DNA of 64,000 nt from an uncultured cyanobacterium (GTDB lineage Bacteria > Cyanobacteriota > Cyanobacteriia > Cyanobacteriales > Nostocaceae). Below, piece by piece: positions 51,339 to 60,689 of this stretch. Below the pieces are notes generated by a model. It searched no databases. It was not told where the DNA came from and was given only the letters and a program-made list of their open reading frames with translations. Location of the stretch: NCBI GenBank assembly GCA_963740315.1, contig CAVUDP010000002.1:2144001-2208000 (forward strand), given 5' to 3'. Both the position numbers and the translations under genes were made by a program. Every line of letters begins with the position of its first letter. The stretch's first letter is position 1.

Positions 51339-52076
51339 ATGTCAAATCAACCGATAATAATCGCCGAAGAAGTTCATAAATGGTATGGTAAATTCCACGT
51401 TCTCCAAGGTGTGAGTTTAACTGTAAATCGTGGGGAAGTTGTTGTATTAATGGGACCATCTGGTTCGGGTAAATCAACTTTTATCCGCACTTTTAATGCT
51501 TTGGAAGAATACCAAAAGGGAAAAATAGAAATTGATGGCGTTACTCTCAGCCACGATTTAAAAAATATTGAAACCATTCGTCGTGAAGTGGGAATGGTGT
51601 TTCAACAATTTAATTTATTTCCTCACCTAAGCGTAATTAAAAACATCACCTTAGCTCCAACTTGGGTACGAAAATTCTCTAAACCCAAAGCCGAAGAATT
51701 GGCAATGCAATTATTAGAAAGAGTTGGAATTTTAGAACAAGCGCAGAAATATCCCGGACAATTATCTGGTGGACAACAACAACGAGTGGCGATCGCCAGA
51801 GCTTTAGCAATGCAGCCTAAAATAATGTTGTTCGACGAACCCACTTCAGCTTTAGATCCGGAAATGGTACGAGAAGTACTCGACGTGATGCGAAATCTAG
51901 CTCGTGAAGGGATGACAATGGTAGTAGTTACCCATGAAGTGGGATTTGCTCGCGAAGTTGCCGATCGCGTAGTTTTAATGGATGGGGGAACTCTCGTAGA
52001 AGCAGCTACACCCGATAACTTCTTTTCACATCCACAAGAAGAACGAACTCGTAAATTTTTATCGCAAATACTTTAG
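51339..52076 (+). CDS. bgtA: Amino acid ABC transporter ATP-binding protein
   Basis: [35 protein letters not shown] and VVTHE. Position after natFGH is as in Anabaena. Confidence 0.8.
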   Translation: MSNQPIIIAEEVHKWYGKFHVLQGVSLTVNRGEVVVLMGPSGSGKSTFIRTFNALEEYQKGKIEIDGVTLSHDLKNIETIRREVGMVFQQFNLFPHLSVIKNITLAPTWVRKFSKPKAEELAMQLLERVGILEQAQKYPGQLSGGQQQRVAIARALAMQPKIMLFDEPTSALDPEMVREVLDVMRNLAREGMTMVVVTHEVGFAREVADRVVLMDGGTLVEAATPDNFFSHPQEERTRKFLSQIL

Positions 52077-52146
52077 AAAAACAGCTAAAAACATCGGCTT
52101 ATTACATCTTATGATTAGAACATGGGTACCATCTACTAATTAATTC

Positions 52147-53125
52147 ATGAGCAAGGAAGAATTAGAAAGAGCCGATAATGATTCACCCTGGAAAGAGATT
52201 AAAGACAGCATATTTTCCCCAAGCGATGCAGTTTTTCTTCCCCCAAACAGCAGCGTTGATAGACTGGAAACGTCCCCACGAGTTTCTCGACAAGGAATTT
52301 CAACAAATTGCTCGTGGAGCCGAACAGGGTAGGAGATATGCGGATAAATTAGTTAAAGTTTGGCATATCAATGGAAAAGAGATTTGGTTGTTAATTCATG
52401 TAGAAATTCAAGGCAAACCGGAAGATATCTTTTCCCAAAGGATGTTTACCTATAACCTACGAATTTTTGACAAATTCTCCAAACCAGCGATTAGCCTAGC
52501 AATATTGTGCGACACCGACGCAAATTGGCGACCAAATCAATACAGCTATGATTTTCCCGATTGTAGCCTGCACTTTAGATTTGGAAGCGTGAAACTTCTC
52601 GATTATCAAAACCGTTGGACAGAATTAGAAGCCAGCGATAACCCATTTGCAACGGTGGTAATGGCACATTTAAAAACACAGCAAACCACTAAAAAATTAG
52701 GAGAGCGAAAAATTTGGAAATTCAGCTTAATTCGGCGATTGTACGAACAGGGAATGCAAGAAAAGGATATTCGTAACCTTTACCGATTTATCGATTGGGT
52801 TATGATTTTACCAAAAGCATTGGAAGCGGAGTTTTGGCAAGAATTTAAAGAATTTGAACAGGAGCGAACTATGAGTTACATTACCACTGGGGAGCGCATT
52901 GGTTACGAGCGGGGGAAAGAAGAAGGAAAAGAAGAAGGTAAGCAACAAGGTAAGCAACAAGGTGAGCAAAATCTTGTTATACGACAACTACAAAGACGTG
53001 TAGGAGAATTACCGCAAGAGGTAATTGAAGAAATTCAAGCTCTTTCCCTAGAGCGATTAGAAGCACTTGGTGAAGCTTTATTAGATTTTACAACGATGGA
53101 TGATTTGCTTAACTGGCTGCGTTAA
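52147..53125 (+). pseudogene. Rpn-like PD-(D/E)XK protein with DUF4351 tail, frameshifted near the 5' end
   Basis: MSKEELERADNDSPWKEI (frame starting 52147) joins AYFPQAMQFFFP... (other frame) at about 52200-52207. Motifs RYADKLVKV and IHVEIQ; C-terminal LSLERLEALGEALLDF...LLNWL. Confidence 0.8.
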
Positions 53126-53192
53126 AACTGTTTAAAATAAAACCGGGTTTATTATCTAAAATTCATTAATTAAATCCGGTTTATTATTTTAT

Positions 53193-53350
53193 AAAAAAGT
53201 GATAGTTGCAATCCAACCGAAAAGCAACTATCATCACATTTACCTTACCTAGAAGCAACCCGATTAACTAATGAATTAAGGAGTGACTGTTTCGGTGTGA
53301 ATCCAAAATTACATATTTCCACCGATAATGTCATCGGTTTCGAGCAGCCT
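53193..53350 (-). ncRNA. Candidate small RNA
   Basis: Minus-strand terminator (11-bp stem, 53199-53234, plus T6) with no adjacent minus-strand gene. A 5' hairpin (accgat/atcggt) and a CACUCCUU anti-SD-like motif are also present. Confidence 0.35.
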
Positions 53351-53415
53351 TTATCAAAACAAAATACTCAAAAATACGGTTGTCGAATAAATAAATTATC
53401 TCAAACTCTTGTTAA

Positions 53416-53630
53416 AGGTTCGTAGTAAGGGCTTAAGCCCTATCCTCTGAGGATTAAAATCCTTACTACGAACCTTAATAAAACTAATTTCCCCAGTAGT
53501 AAGGGCTTAAGCCCTATCCTCTGAGGATTAAAATCCTTACTACGAACCTTAATAAAACTAATTTCCCCAGTAGTAAGGGCTTAAGCCCTATCCTCTGAGG
53601 ATTAAAATCCTTACTACGAACCTTAATAAA
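53416..53630. repeat. Three tandem copies (74-bp period) of a palindromic REP-like element
   Basis: gtagtaagggcttaagccctatcctctgaggattaaaatccttactacgaaccttaataaaa at 53422, 53496 and 53570. Partial relatives at about 1262-1289 and 31354-31380. Confidence 0.92.
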
Positions 53631-53729
53631 AATAATTACCCAAAAACATATTTCTGATATTGCCGTATCAGGTACTAATTGTTAACCTCTACATTAGTTA
53701 CTCAAACGGGATAAAAAAGCACTCAGAAT

Positions 53730-56216
53730 ATGTACTCACCAAAATCATCACGAAACCGGAGGCTGATACACAGAAGAAGATTCAAATTCAGAATACTTGT
53801 AATTATACTTACTCTTTGTTTTCTAACTTCCTTACTTTTAGCCAATCAACTAAGTAATTACGCAATCCATTCCCAACAAAGCTTTAATCAACCGCAGTAC
53901 TATCCTTTAACGCAAACCGTCGATCCAAAGTTTTATCAACCGATCGCTAACTGGGTAGGAAGATTAATTTTACCCAAACGGCAAGAAATCAAACTTAATT
54001 CCAATTCCGACTGGGTATGGTTTGAAGTTCAACAAGCACCTCCAGAAACAGAACTTATTGGAAAAATAGTCCGCTTGGAATGGAAACAACCGCAGCTAAA
54101 ATCCTACGTCAAAGCAGTTACAAGAGACGTTAACTTCACACCCGCAACTTTAGCAAGTCAGAAACAAGGAAACATTCATCCCCAAAGATTAAATAATAAT
54201 TCCCAAGTTACACCATTGCGATCGCTCGCAGGTGCAAGACCAAATGATGATGTAATTGTTACTTTGGATGATGCTGAAGTTATACAAACTAACGATGTGC
54301 AAATTTTACAAATCAAAGAAGAACCCGTTTTAGCTACCGGACGCTTTTACGGTTTAGTAGATATCGAATCAAATAACAAAGAATTATTCCAAGTTCGCCA
54401 CTATAACCCAGATAGCGGTAATTTTATTAACGGCGAACAAGAAACGATTTACATTCCCCAACAAGTTGTAGATACTCGAAACATTCCTCCATCAACAACG
54501 AATAAATTAGCAGAATCGACGGTAACTAAAGGATGGTATATTTACGGAGCTAAAAATAAAAAAGGTATATTTACCGCCCAAGCATTAGCGCCGCGCTCTT
54601 TATTCCAACTGCAACCCGACGCAATAATTTTAAACCCGGAAACCGCACAAAATTATCTAAAAAAGTATTGGGAGATTACCCCTGAAGATAAAGGTAAACT
54701 AACAAGAACTTTAATCGATCCCACCTCAACTGAATCTGAATATCCAACTACCAAATGGCGAGAAGGAGACAAAGCTATAGTATTAAACCTTTTTGGCGGC
54801 ATTGGTGGCGAAAAAGCCGAATCTTTGGGTGTACCAAAAACCATTACCGGACACTTTGCATTTGGTATAGCTGAAATAGTCCGCAGCCCTTTCACGAAAG
54901 AATTAGAATTTAAGATCAAATATCATCAAATTTACGCTCATAACAGTGATGGGATCGTTTCCGGAACGCATACTTGGGCTGACTACATGGGTAACTTGCA
55001 GCGGGGATGGCTTGCAACTCGTCCAGTTGTGGATATTCTAGTAAAATTCGATCCGGTTATCCAAGATTATAATTTTGATGACATCACCATCTCGCCATTA
55101 AACGAATTTGAACGTCAACTACAAATAATGATGGCAAGGTATCGGGTAGGAGATGGAACTGGAAATGCCACCGTCACACCAGCAACTTCCTGCATTCAAG
55201 ACTCTTCTCAAGCACTTTACGCTGCGATCGCAATTACAAGAAGGCAAATAAAATCAAATCCAAAAATTCAAAGTTGGTTGCAACAACATCCCAATCATCC
55301 GCAAACCTTACGCTTTCAACAACTCAACAGCTTAAGTTCGGCATTAGAAAAACAACTGCTACCATTAGGAATAGTACGTGCCGACTGGGAAAGCAGTGTA
55401 GATATTTTAGCGGGAATCGGTGATACCAAAGAACCTTTTAGAGATTCCAGCATTTGGGCTGCATTAACAAGTTGGCGAACAATGATGCCCAGACAAGCAC
55501 AGGATGAACTCGCAACTTTATTCTGGAAACAAAAAGCAAAATTATGGTTTCTCCAAACTTATCAAGTCGGAGGATGGAACCCAGAAATTACACCTTTGGC
55601 ACCTACCCCCTTACTCGGTGAAATAAAACTTCCTTTTACCAACGTGCCGATAATTTCAATTCTGCTCAACCGCATCCTAGCTTCTCTGACAATTCCAACT
55701 TGGCATGATTGGTTAATTGCAACTCTGGCAATTTTAACTTTTACAACCATAACGCTACCGTTAGGCTTCTCTACCGGATTTTTGCGCTTTCAAATTTGGC
55801 AGGCTAAACCCATAGAATATTTTCTGTTAGCACTACGCTGTTTAATTACACCCGCGATTACAGAAGAATTATTTTTCCGAGTTTTATTTCTTCCCCATCC
55901 CACGGAAGCAGCCAACTGGCAAAAATGGAGTATATGGGCAGCATTAAGTTTACTCATATTCATTCTTTACCACCCACTCAACGCCAAAACCCTTTATAAA
56001 GATGGATATCCCACCTTTTTTGATCCTATTTTTCTCATTTTGGCAACCCTCTTAGGAATCACCTGCACCATAACCTACGCGATCGCAGGTTCAGCATGGA
56101 TAATTATCTTCATACATTGGGTAGTAGTAGTACTTTGGCTGGCTTTCTTCGGAGGAATCGATAAATTAAAGCATAAACGAGAGATGCAAAAAGAATTAAA
56201 TACTACAAATTCCTAA
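53730..56216 (+). CDS. Large membrane protein with C-terminal CPBP (CAAX protease/Abi) domain
   Basis: C-terminal PAITEELFFR, FILYHP and IHW motifs in multiple TMs. Large soluble middle domain (TGHFAFG, TSCIQDSSQALY). Confidence 0.85.
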   Translation: MYSPKSSRNRRLIHRRRFKFRILVIILTLCFLTSLLLANQLSNYAIHSQQSFNQPQYYPLTQTVDPKFYQPIANWVGRLILPKRQEIKLNSNSDWVWFEVQQAPPETELIGKIVRLEWKQPQLKSYVKAVTRDVNFTPATLASQKQGNIHPQRLNNNSQVTPLRSLAGARPNDDVIVTLDDAEVIQTNDVQILQIKEEPVLATGRFYGLVDIESNNKELFQVRHYNPDSGNFINGEQETIYIPQQVVDTRNIPPSTTNKLAESTVTKGWYIYGAKNKKGIFTAQALAPRSLFQLQPDAIILNPETAQNYLKKYWEITPEDKGKLTRTLIDPTSTESEYPTTKWREGDKAIVLNLFGGIGGEKAESLGVPKTITGHFAFGIAEIVRSPFTKELEFKIKYHQIYAHNSDGIVSGTHTWADYMGNLQRGWLATRPVVDILVKFDPVIQDYNFDDITISPLNEFERQLQIMMARYRVGDGTGNATVTPATSCIQDSSQALYAAIAITRRQIKSNPKIQSWLQQHPNHPQTLRFQQLNSLSSALEKQLLPLGIVRADWESSVDILAGIGDTKEPFRDSSIWAALTSWRTMMPRQAQDELATLFWKQKAKLWFLQTYQVGGWNPEITPLAPTPLLGEIKLPFTNVPIISILLNRILASLTIPTWHDWLIATLAILTFTTITLPLGFSTGFLRFQIWQAKPIEYFLLALRCLITPAITEELFFRVLFLPHPTEAANWQKWSIWAALSLLIFILYHPLNAKTLYKDGYPTFFDPIFLILATLLGITCTITYAIAGSAWIIIFIHWVVVVLWLAFFGGIDKLKHKREMQKELNTTNS

Positions 56217-56724
56217 CAACTTTTGCCCATCCTGGGACGTAATTGTAAATATAAACCGTCAATCAAAAGACAATATATCTTCATAGATACTTTAAATATA
56301 TAGATAATTATTAAAAAATTATTAACAACATTAAAATTTGTAAAATGCATGACATTTAGCAAAATAGGTAATAGACTAAAATCGTAGTAGAAAACAGAAT
56401 TATTAAAGTGTAATCTAGCTTTAGTCTGAGTAAAAAACAGAATTATTTGGGGGAAATTCCATCTTAAGGTAGTACAGGCTAAGAAAGCATTTAATGTACG
56501 TTAAGATTAGGAAGTATATTTAGAACTTTACGTAATTTATTTATTTGTAAATCGGGAACTTTATCAAGTCTTTGTATTTCTGTAGTAACTAGAACAGTTT
56601 TTGACTGTATGGTGAAGTTAAATAAGCAATAGCGAAAGCAATATTAAGTAGAAAACTTCTTAATGCTTTTGTAAAATTACAGTCGGATTCATAGGAACAA
56701 TCTGAGGGGAAACTAGCAATAGTT

Positions 56725-57057
56725 ATGTTAGAAGCAATTAATAATTTTACAGACTTAAACAGTCAAGCGAAAAGTCAAAACCAATCAATGAAGCCAAAAT
56801 TTGACTTTTTACAGCCTTTACGTAAATGGCTAGATTCTCTAGAAATTCACAATCGGAAATTTGCACATTTTATTGCAAAACTTATTCCAGCCGATTGTCC
56901 ATTTGAACGAGATATCGTACTACTTGGACGTAAACTGGTTCATATACCACCTTTATGCAAAATAAATCCGCTTTACGAGCAATTCGTTAGTTTGCGTTTT
57001 AAGGCTTTATGTTATTTAGTAGATCAATGCGGTGAGGACATTCAGTCTTACTGTTAA
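56725..57057 (+). CDS. 'Mo-dependent nitrogenase C-terminal domain' family protein
   Basis: LQPLRKWLD...IPADCPFERDI...HIPPLCKINPLYEQFVSLRFKALCYL. Confidence 0.88.
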   Translation: MLEAINNFTDLNSQAKSQNQSMKPKFDFLQPLRKWLDSLEIHNRKFAHFIAKLIPADCPFERDIVLLGRKLVHIPPLCKINPLYEQFVSLRFKALCYLVDQCGEDIQSYC

Positions 57058-57465
57058 AAGCTACTTTGAATAACAGTCTAGATATTGGTAAGAGAAATTG
57101 AGCGTCAGCCTTTTTAACAACTTCTTAATTGATTAGATGTTCTTAAATAGGAGATTTTGCAAAAAACAGCATCGAAATTTCCTTTGGGTTATGACGCTCA
57201 AGCAATTTGAGATAATAGTTAGTGGTTAGTGGTTAGTGGTTAGTGGTTAGTAGCTAGAAATTGAGATTGTAAAAAATACTCTTCATATATTTGCAGCTTT
57301 CTACATTAGCTGTATTTACTTTCTAAAAGATTTATCAAACATATTTGCGAATATAAATATTTAAAAGATCGGATTATATCGGCTTATAAATAATATAAAA
57401 AGTCTGATAAAGAGTTAGGGATCAAAGTAATTATATAATTAAACTCCGAGCAGTTAGAATTATTC

Positions 57466-57557
57466 AGGATTTACACAGCGACACTGGAAAATATAATGTT
57501 CCAAATATTGCGATCGCCCCAACCCCCCGATTAATTGTGGGGTTTTGCATAAGTCCT
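57466..57557. mobile_element. 92-bp MITE, copy 2
   Basis: aggatttacacagcgacactggaaaatataatgttcc...ttttgcataagtcct. Confidence 0.75.
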
Positions 57558-57841
57558 AATTTACTTCCTTCCCACTCTAAAATTACTATGTCTCTCTAAC
57601 TCTTTCCTCTGTCTTGAAAAGTTGTACTCTTCGAGAAAGCCTCCGGCTCACATGGGGGATACCCTCAAGACCACACTTTCCTCTGCGCCCTCTGCGTCTC
57701 TGCGGTTTTTTAATCGGTAATTAAGGGTTCCCAACTTCTAGCTGGGAACCAGTTTTTATATGAGAATTTTGTATTCACAACCCCTTAAACCGCAGTCTCA
57801 TTCAAAATAGATAGTATTCACATCACACACAACATCAAAAA

Positions 57842-58585
57842 ATGTTACTGCATCTAAGCACCTGGCAAGAAGTTGAAATTTACTTAAAGCAATCTCAGGG
57901 TATTATTTTTCCTATAGGCTCCACCGAACAACATGGTCCAACGGGATTAATTGGTACCGATGCAATATGTGCGGAATCTTTAGCTCGTGGTGTTGGCGAA
58001 TCAACCCAAGCAATAGTTGCACCAACAATCAATATAGGAATGGCACTGCATCACACGGCATTTCCTGGCACGATTAGCTTGCGCCCCAGTACGATGATTC
58101 AAGTTGTCAAAGAATATGTAACCTGTTTGGCGAAAGCTGGTTTTACCAAGTTTTACTTTATCAATGGACACGGCGGTAACATGGCAACTCTCAAAGCTGC
58201 TTTTTCCGAAACATATTTTGATTTAGCAAGTTTGCAGATCCCCAATTCTGACAAAGTAAAATGCAAAGTTGGCAACTGGTTTATGTGCAGTACCGTATAC
58301 AAATTAGCTAAAGAATTATACGGAGACGAAGAAGGCTCTCACGCTACCCCTTCCGAAGTTGCCTTGACGCAATATGTATATCCAGAATCAATTAAACAAG
58401 CCGAGCTATCGCAAGAAGTAGGAAAAGGACACAGAATTTATGGTGCTGCTGACTTCCGCAAAAATTATCCCGACGGCAGAATGGGTTCAAATCCAGCATT
58501 AGCAACACCCGAACACGGCAAGCAATTTTACGATGCAGCAGTCAAAGAGTTGAGTAACGATTATCTCAAATTTTTGAATGAATGA
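57842..58585 (+). CDS. Creatininase-family amidohydrolase
   Basis: PIGSTEQHGP, HTAFPGTISL, NGHGGN, SHA and ATPEHGK. Confidence 0.92.
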   Translation: MLLHLSTWQEVEIYLKQSQGIIFPIGSTEQHGPTGLIGTDAICAESLARGVGESTQAIVAPTINIGMALHHTAFPGTISLRPSTMIQVVKEYVTCLAKAGFTKFYFINGHGGNMATLKAAFSETYFDLASLQIPNSDKVKCKVGNWFMCSTVYKLAKELYGDEEGSHATPSEVALTQYVYPESIKQAELSQEVGKGHRIYGAADFRKNYPDGRMGSNPALATPEHGKQFYDAAVKELSNDYLKFLNE

Positions 58586-58708
58586 CTTGGGGATGGGGAA
58601 AAGGTTAAAGGTTAAAGGTTAAAGGTCAAAGGTGTAATAACTTCTTCCCCCTCTACCCCCTCTACCCCCTCTACCCCCTCTACCTCATCCCCCCATCCCC
58701 CTCCTCAT

Positions 58709-60100
58709 CTACCGTCGCGCAATATCTCCCTCACGTGCTGCACGCTGTACCGCACCTGCAACTACGCTCGATACTCGTTCGTCGAAGACTGAGGGGATGA
58801 TGTTTTCTTTGCTTAAATCTGACGGTTTGATTAAAGAGGCGATCGCGCTGGCTGCTTCAAGGTACATTGCTGTAGTAATGGTGGCTGCGCGACAATCTAA
58901 GGCACCGCGAAATACTCCGGGAAAGGCTAGTACGTTATTAATTTGATTTGGGTAGTCGCTGCGCCCGGTAGCGATTACGGCAACGTCATCTCTAACTAAC
59001 TCCGGTTGAACTTCTGGCACTGGATTCGCCATTGCAAATACGATTGCATCCTTTGCCATTGTTTTTACCATTTCCGGTGTTAAGACTCCTGGAGCGCTGA
59101 CACCGATAAATACATCCGCACCTTTTACCGCATCGGCTAACTTTCCCTGTGTTTTTACGGCGAATTCCCGCTTTTCTTGATTTAAGTCATTCCGGTTTGA
59201 AGAGACAATACCTTTGGAGTCACACATCCAAATTTGTTTTGCATGGGCAACGCGCAGTAACTTGGCGATCGCAACTCCAGCAGCTCCGGCACCGTTGATA
59301 ACAATGCGGATTTCTTCTATCGGCTTTTGTACCAATTTCAAAGCGTTGAATAATGCGGCTAAAGTGACGATCGCCGTACCGTGTTGATCGTCGTGAAACA
59401 CCGGAATATCTAATTCTTCCCTCAATCTGGCTTCAATTTCAAAGCAACGAGGTGCGGCAATATCTTCTAAATTCACACCCCCAAATACCGGAGCAATATT
59501 TTTCACTACACTGACAATTTCATCTGTATCTTGAGTTGCAAGGCAGATGGGGAAAGCATCGATACCCGCGAACTCTTTGAATAACATTGCTTTCCCTTCC
59601 ATAACTGGTAAAGCAGCTTCAGGTCCCAAATTACCCAAACCTAAAATAGCACTACCATCAGTAACAATAGCAACAGTATTTTGCTTAATCGTTAAGTTGT
59701 AAACTTCCTCTGGATTTTGGGCGATCGCGCTGCAAATGCGTCCCACACCGGGAGTGTAAGCCATTGCCAAATCGGATATACTCTTGAGTTGAATTCTGCT
59801 GGCAATACTAATTTTACCGCCGCGATGTAAATCGAAAGTACGGTCATAGACATCTATAACCTTAATAACCGGCAACGATTTAACCGCTTGGATAATATTG
59901 TCAGCGTGTTCCGTACTTGCAGCATCAACGGTGATATCGCGAATCGAAACTTGTCTGCTCTGCTCAATTAAATCAATTCGACCGAGATTACCGCCAGTCG
60001 ATGCGATCGCGTTAGTAACACTAGCGAACATCCCGATACGATTGGGAATTTCCAAACGTAGCGTCAAACTAAAACTAGAATTAGGTGTAAGGTCTGCCAT
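58709..60100 (-). CDS. NAD(P)-dependent malic enzyme with N-terminal ACT domain
   Basis: AYTPGV, VMEGKA, NLEDIAAP, FHDDQHGTA, NGAGAAG and NQINNVLAFPG. Confidence 0.94.
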   Translation of the reverse strand: MADLTPNSSFSLTLRLEIPNRIGMFASVTNAIASTGGNLGRIDLIEQSRQVSIRDITVDAASTEHADNIIQAVKSLPVIKVIDVYDRTFDLHRGGKISIASRIQLKSISDLAMAYTPGVGRICSAIAQNPEEVYNLTIKQNTVAIVTDGSAILGLGNLGPEAALPVMEGKAMLFKEFAGIDAFPICLATQDTDEIVSVVKNIAPVFGGVNLEDIAAPRCFEIEARLREELDIPVFHDDQHGTAIVTLAALFNALKLVQKPIEEIRIVINGAGAAGVAIAKLLRVAHAKQIWMCDSKGIVSSNRNDLNQEKREFAVKTQGKLADAVKGADVFIGVSAPGVLTPEMVKTMAKDAIVFAMANPVPEVQPELVRDDVAVIATGRSDYPNQINNVLAFPGVFRGALDCRAATITTAMYLEAASAIASLIKPSDLSKENIIPSVFDERVSSVVAGAVQRAAREGDIARR

Positions 60101-60239
60101 TGTTAAGTAGGTAGATGACGAAATATAAGCTTATTAAATTAAGGTTAAAGGTTAAAGGTTAAAGGTCAAAGGTTAGGAGTTAGGATTTGGGAGCTATAAA
60201 TTTCAATCAGGGGGCGAGACGCGAATACTACTACTTTTT

Positions 60240-60363
60240 AGGAATGACCACAACTGGTACATTTTTCTTGTAGGGTGTGTGACGCGATGAAAGAATTTGA
60301 ACGTAGCAATAAGTTTTGTAGCGTCACGCACCATCAACCATTTGTGACAATATTGTAAGTCCT
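60240..60363. mobile_element. Degenerate longer relative of the AGGACTTAC-TIR MITE with a nested palindrome
   Basis: Right end tgtaagtcct, eroded left end, and internal gtagggtgtgtgacgc...gcgtcacgcacc inverted repeat. Confidence 0.45.
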
Positions 60364-60487
60364 GCTTATTTGGAATATAATCCTCACAATCAAATTAAAA
60401 CGTAGCTATCTTCCCAACCTTGCTCGCCATCCTCTAAATTGTAAAACTCTTGTGGGATAGGCATGGCTTGCCCCGTTTAACTATCTG

Positions 60488-60579
60488 AGGACTTACGCAA
60501 CCAGAACTAAAAAACTGGTGTTCCACGAATTTCAATCCCCCCAACCCCCCTTATAAAAGGGGGGCTTTGCGTAAGTCCA
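60488..60579. mobile_element. 92-bp MITE, copy 3, with target-site duplication
   Basis: TIR aggacttacgca / tgcgtaagtcca, flanked by direct repeat actatctg (60480-60487 and 60580-60587). Confidence 0.85.
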
Positions 60580-60689
60580 ACTATCTGTCACAAATATAAA
60601 AAATAGATAGCATTCATTTACCTGTATGTGAATTTACGTATAAAAATTAAAACAATAGTTACTTTCGTTAAATAAAAACTTGATATATT

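Noticed and set aside
53416..53630. Possible CRISPR array
   Set aside because: The intervening sequences are identical, so there are no unique spacers, and no cas genes are present. It is a tandem REP-like repeat.
53730..56216. Abortive-infection gene because of the 'Abi' family name
   Set aside because: The motifs are those of CPBP intramembrane proteases; nothing in the sequence points to phage defence.
56725..57057. Nitrogen-fixation gene
   Set aside because: The domain name is historical and no nif genes are nearby.
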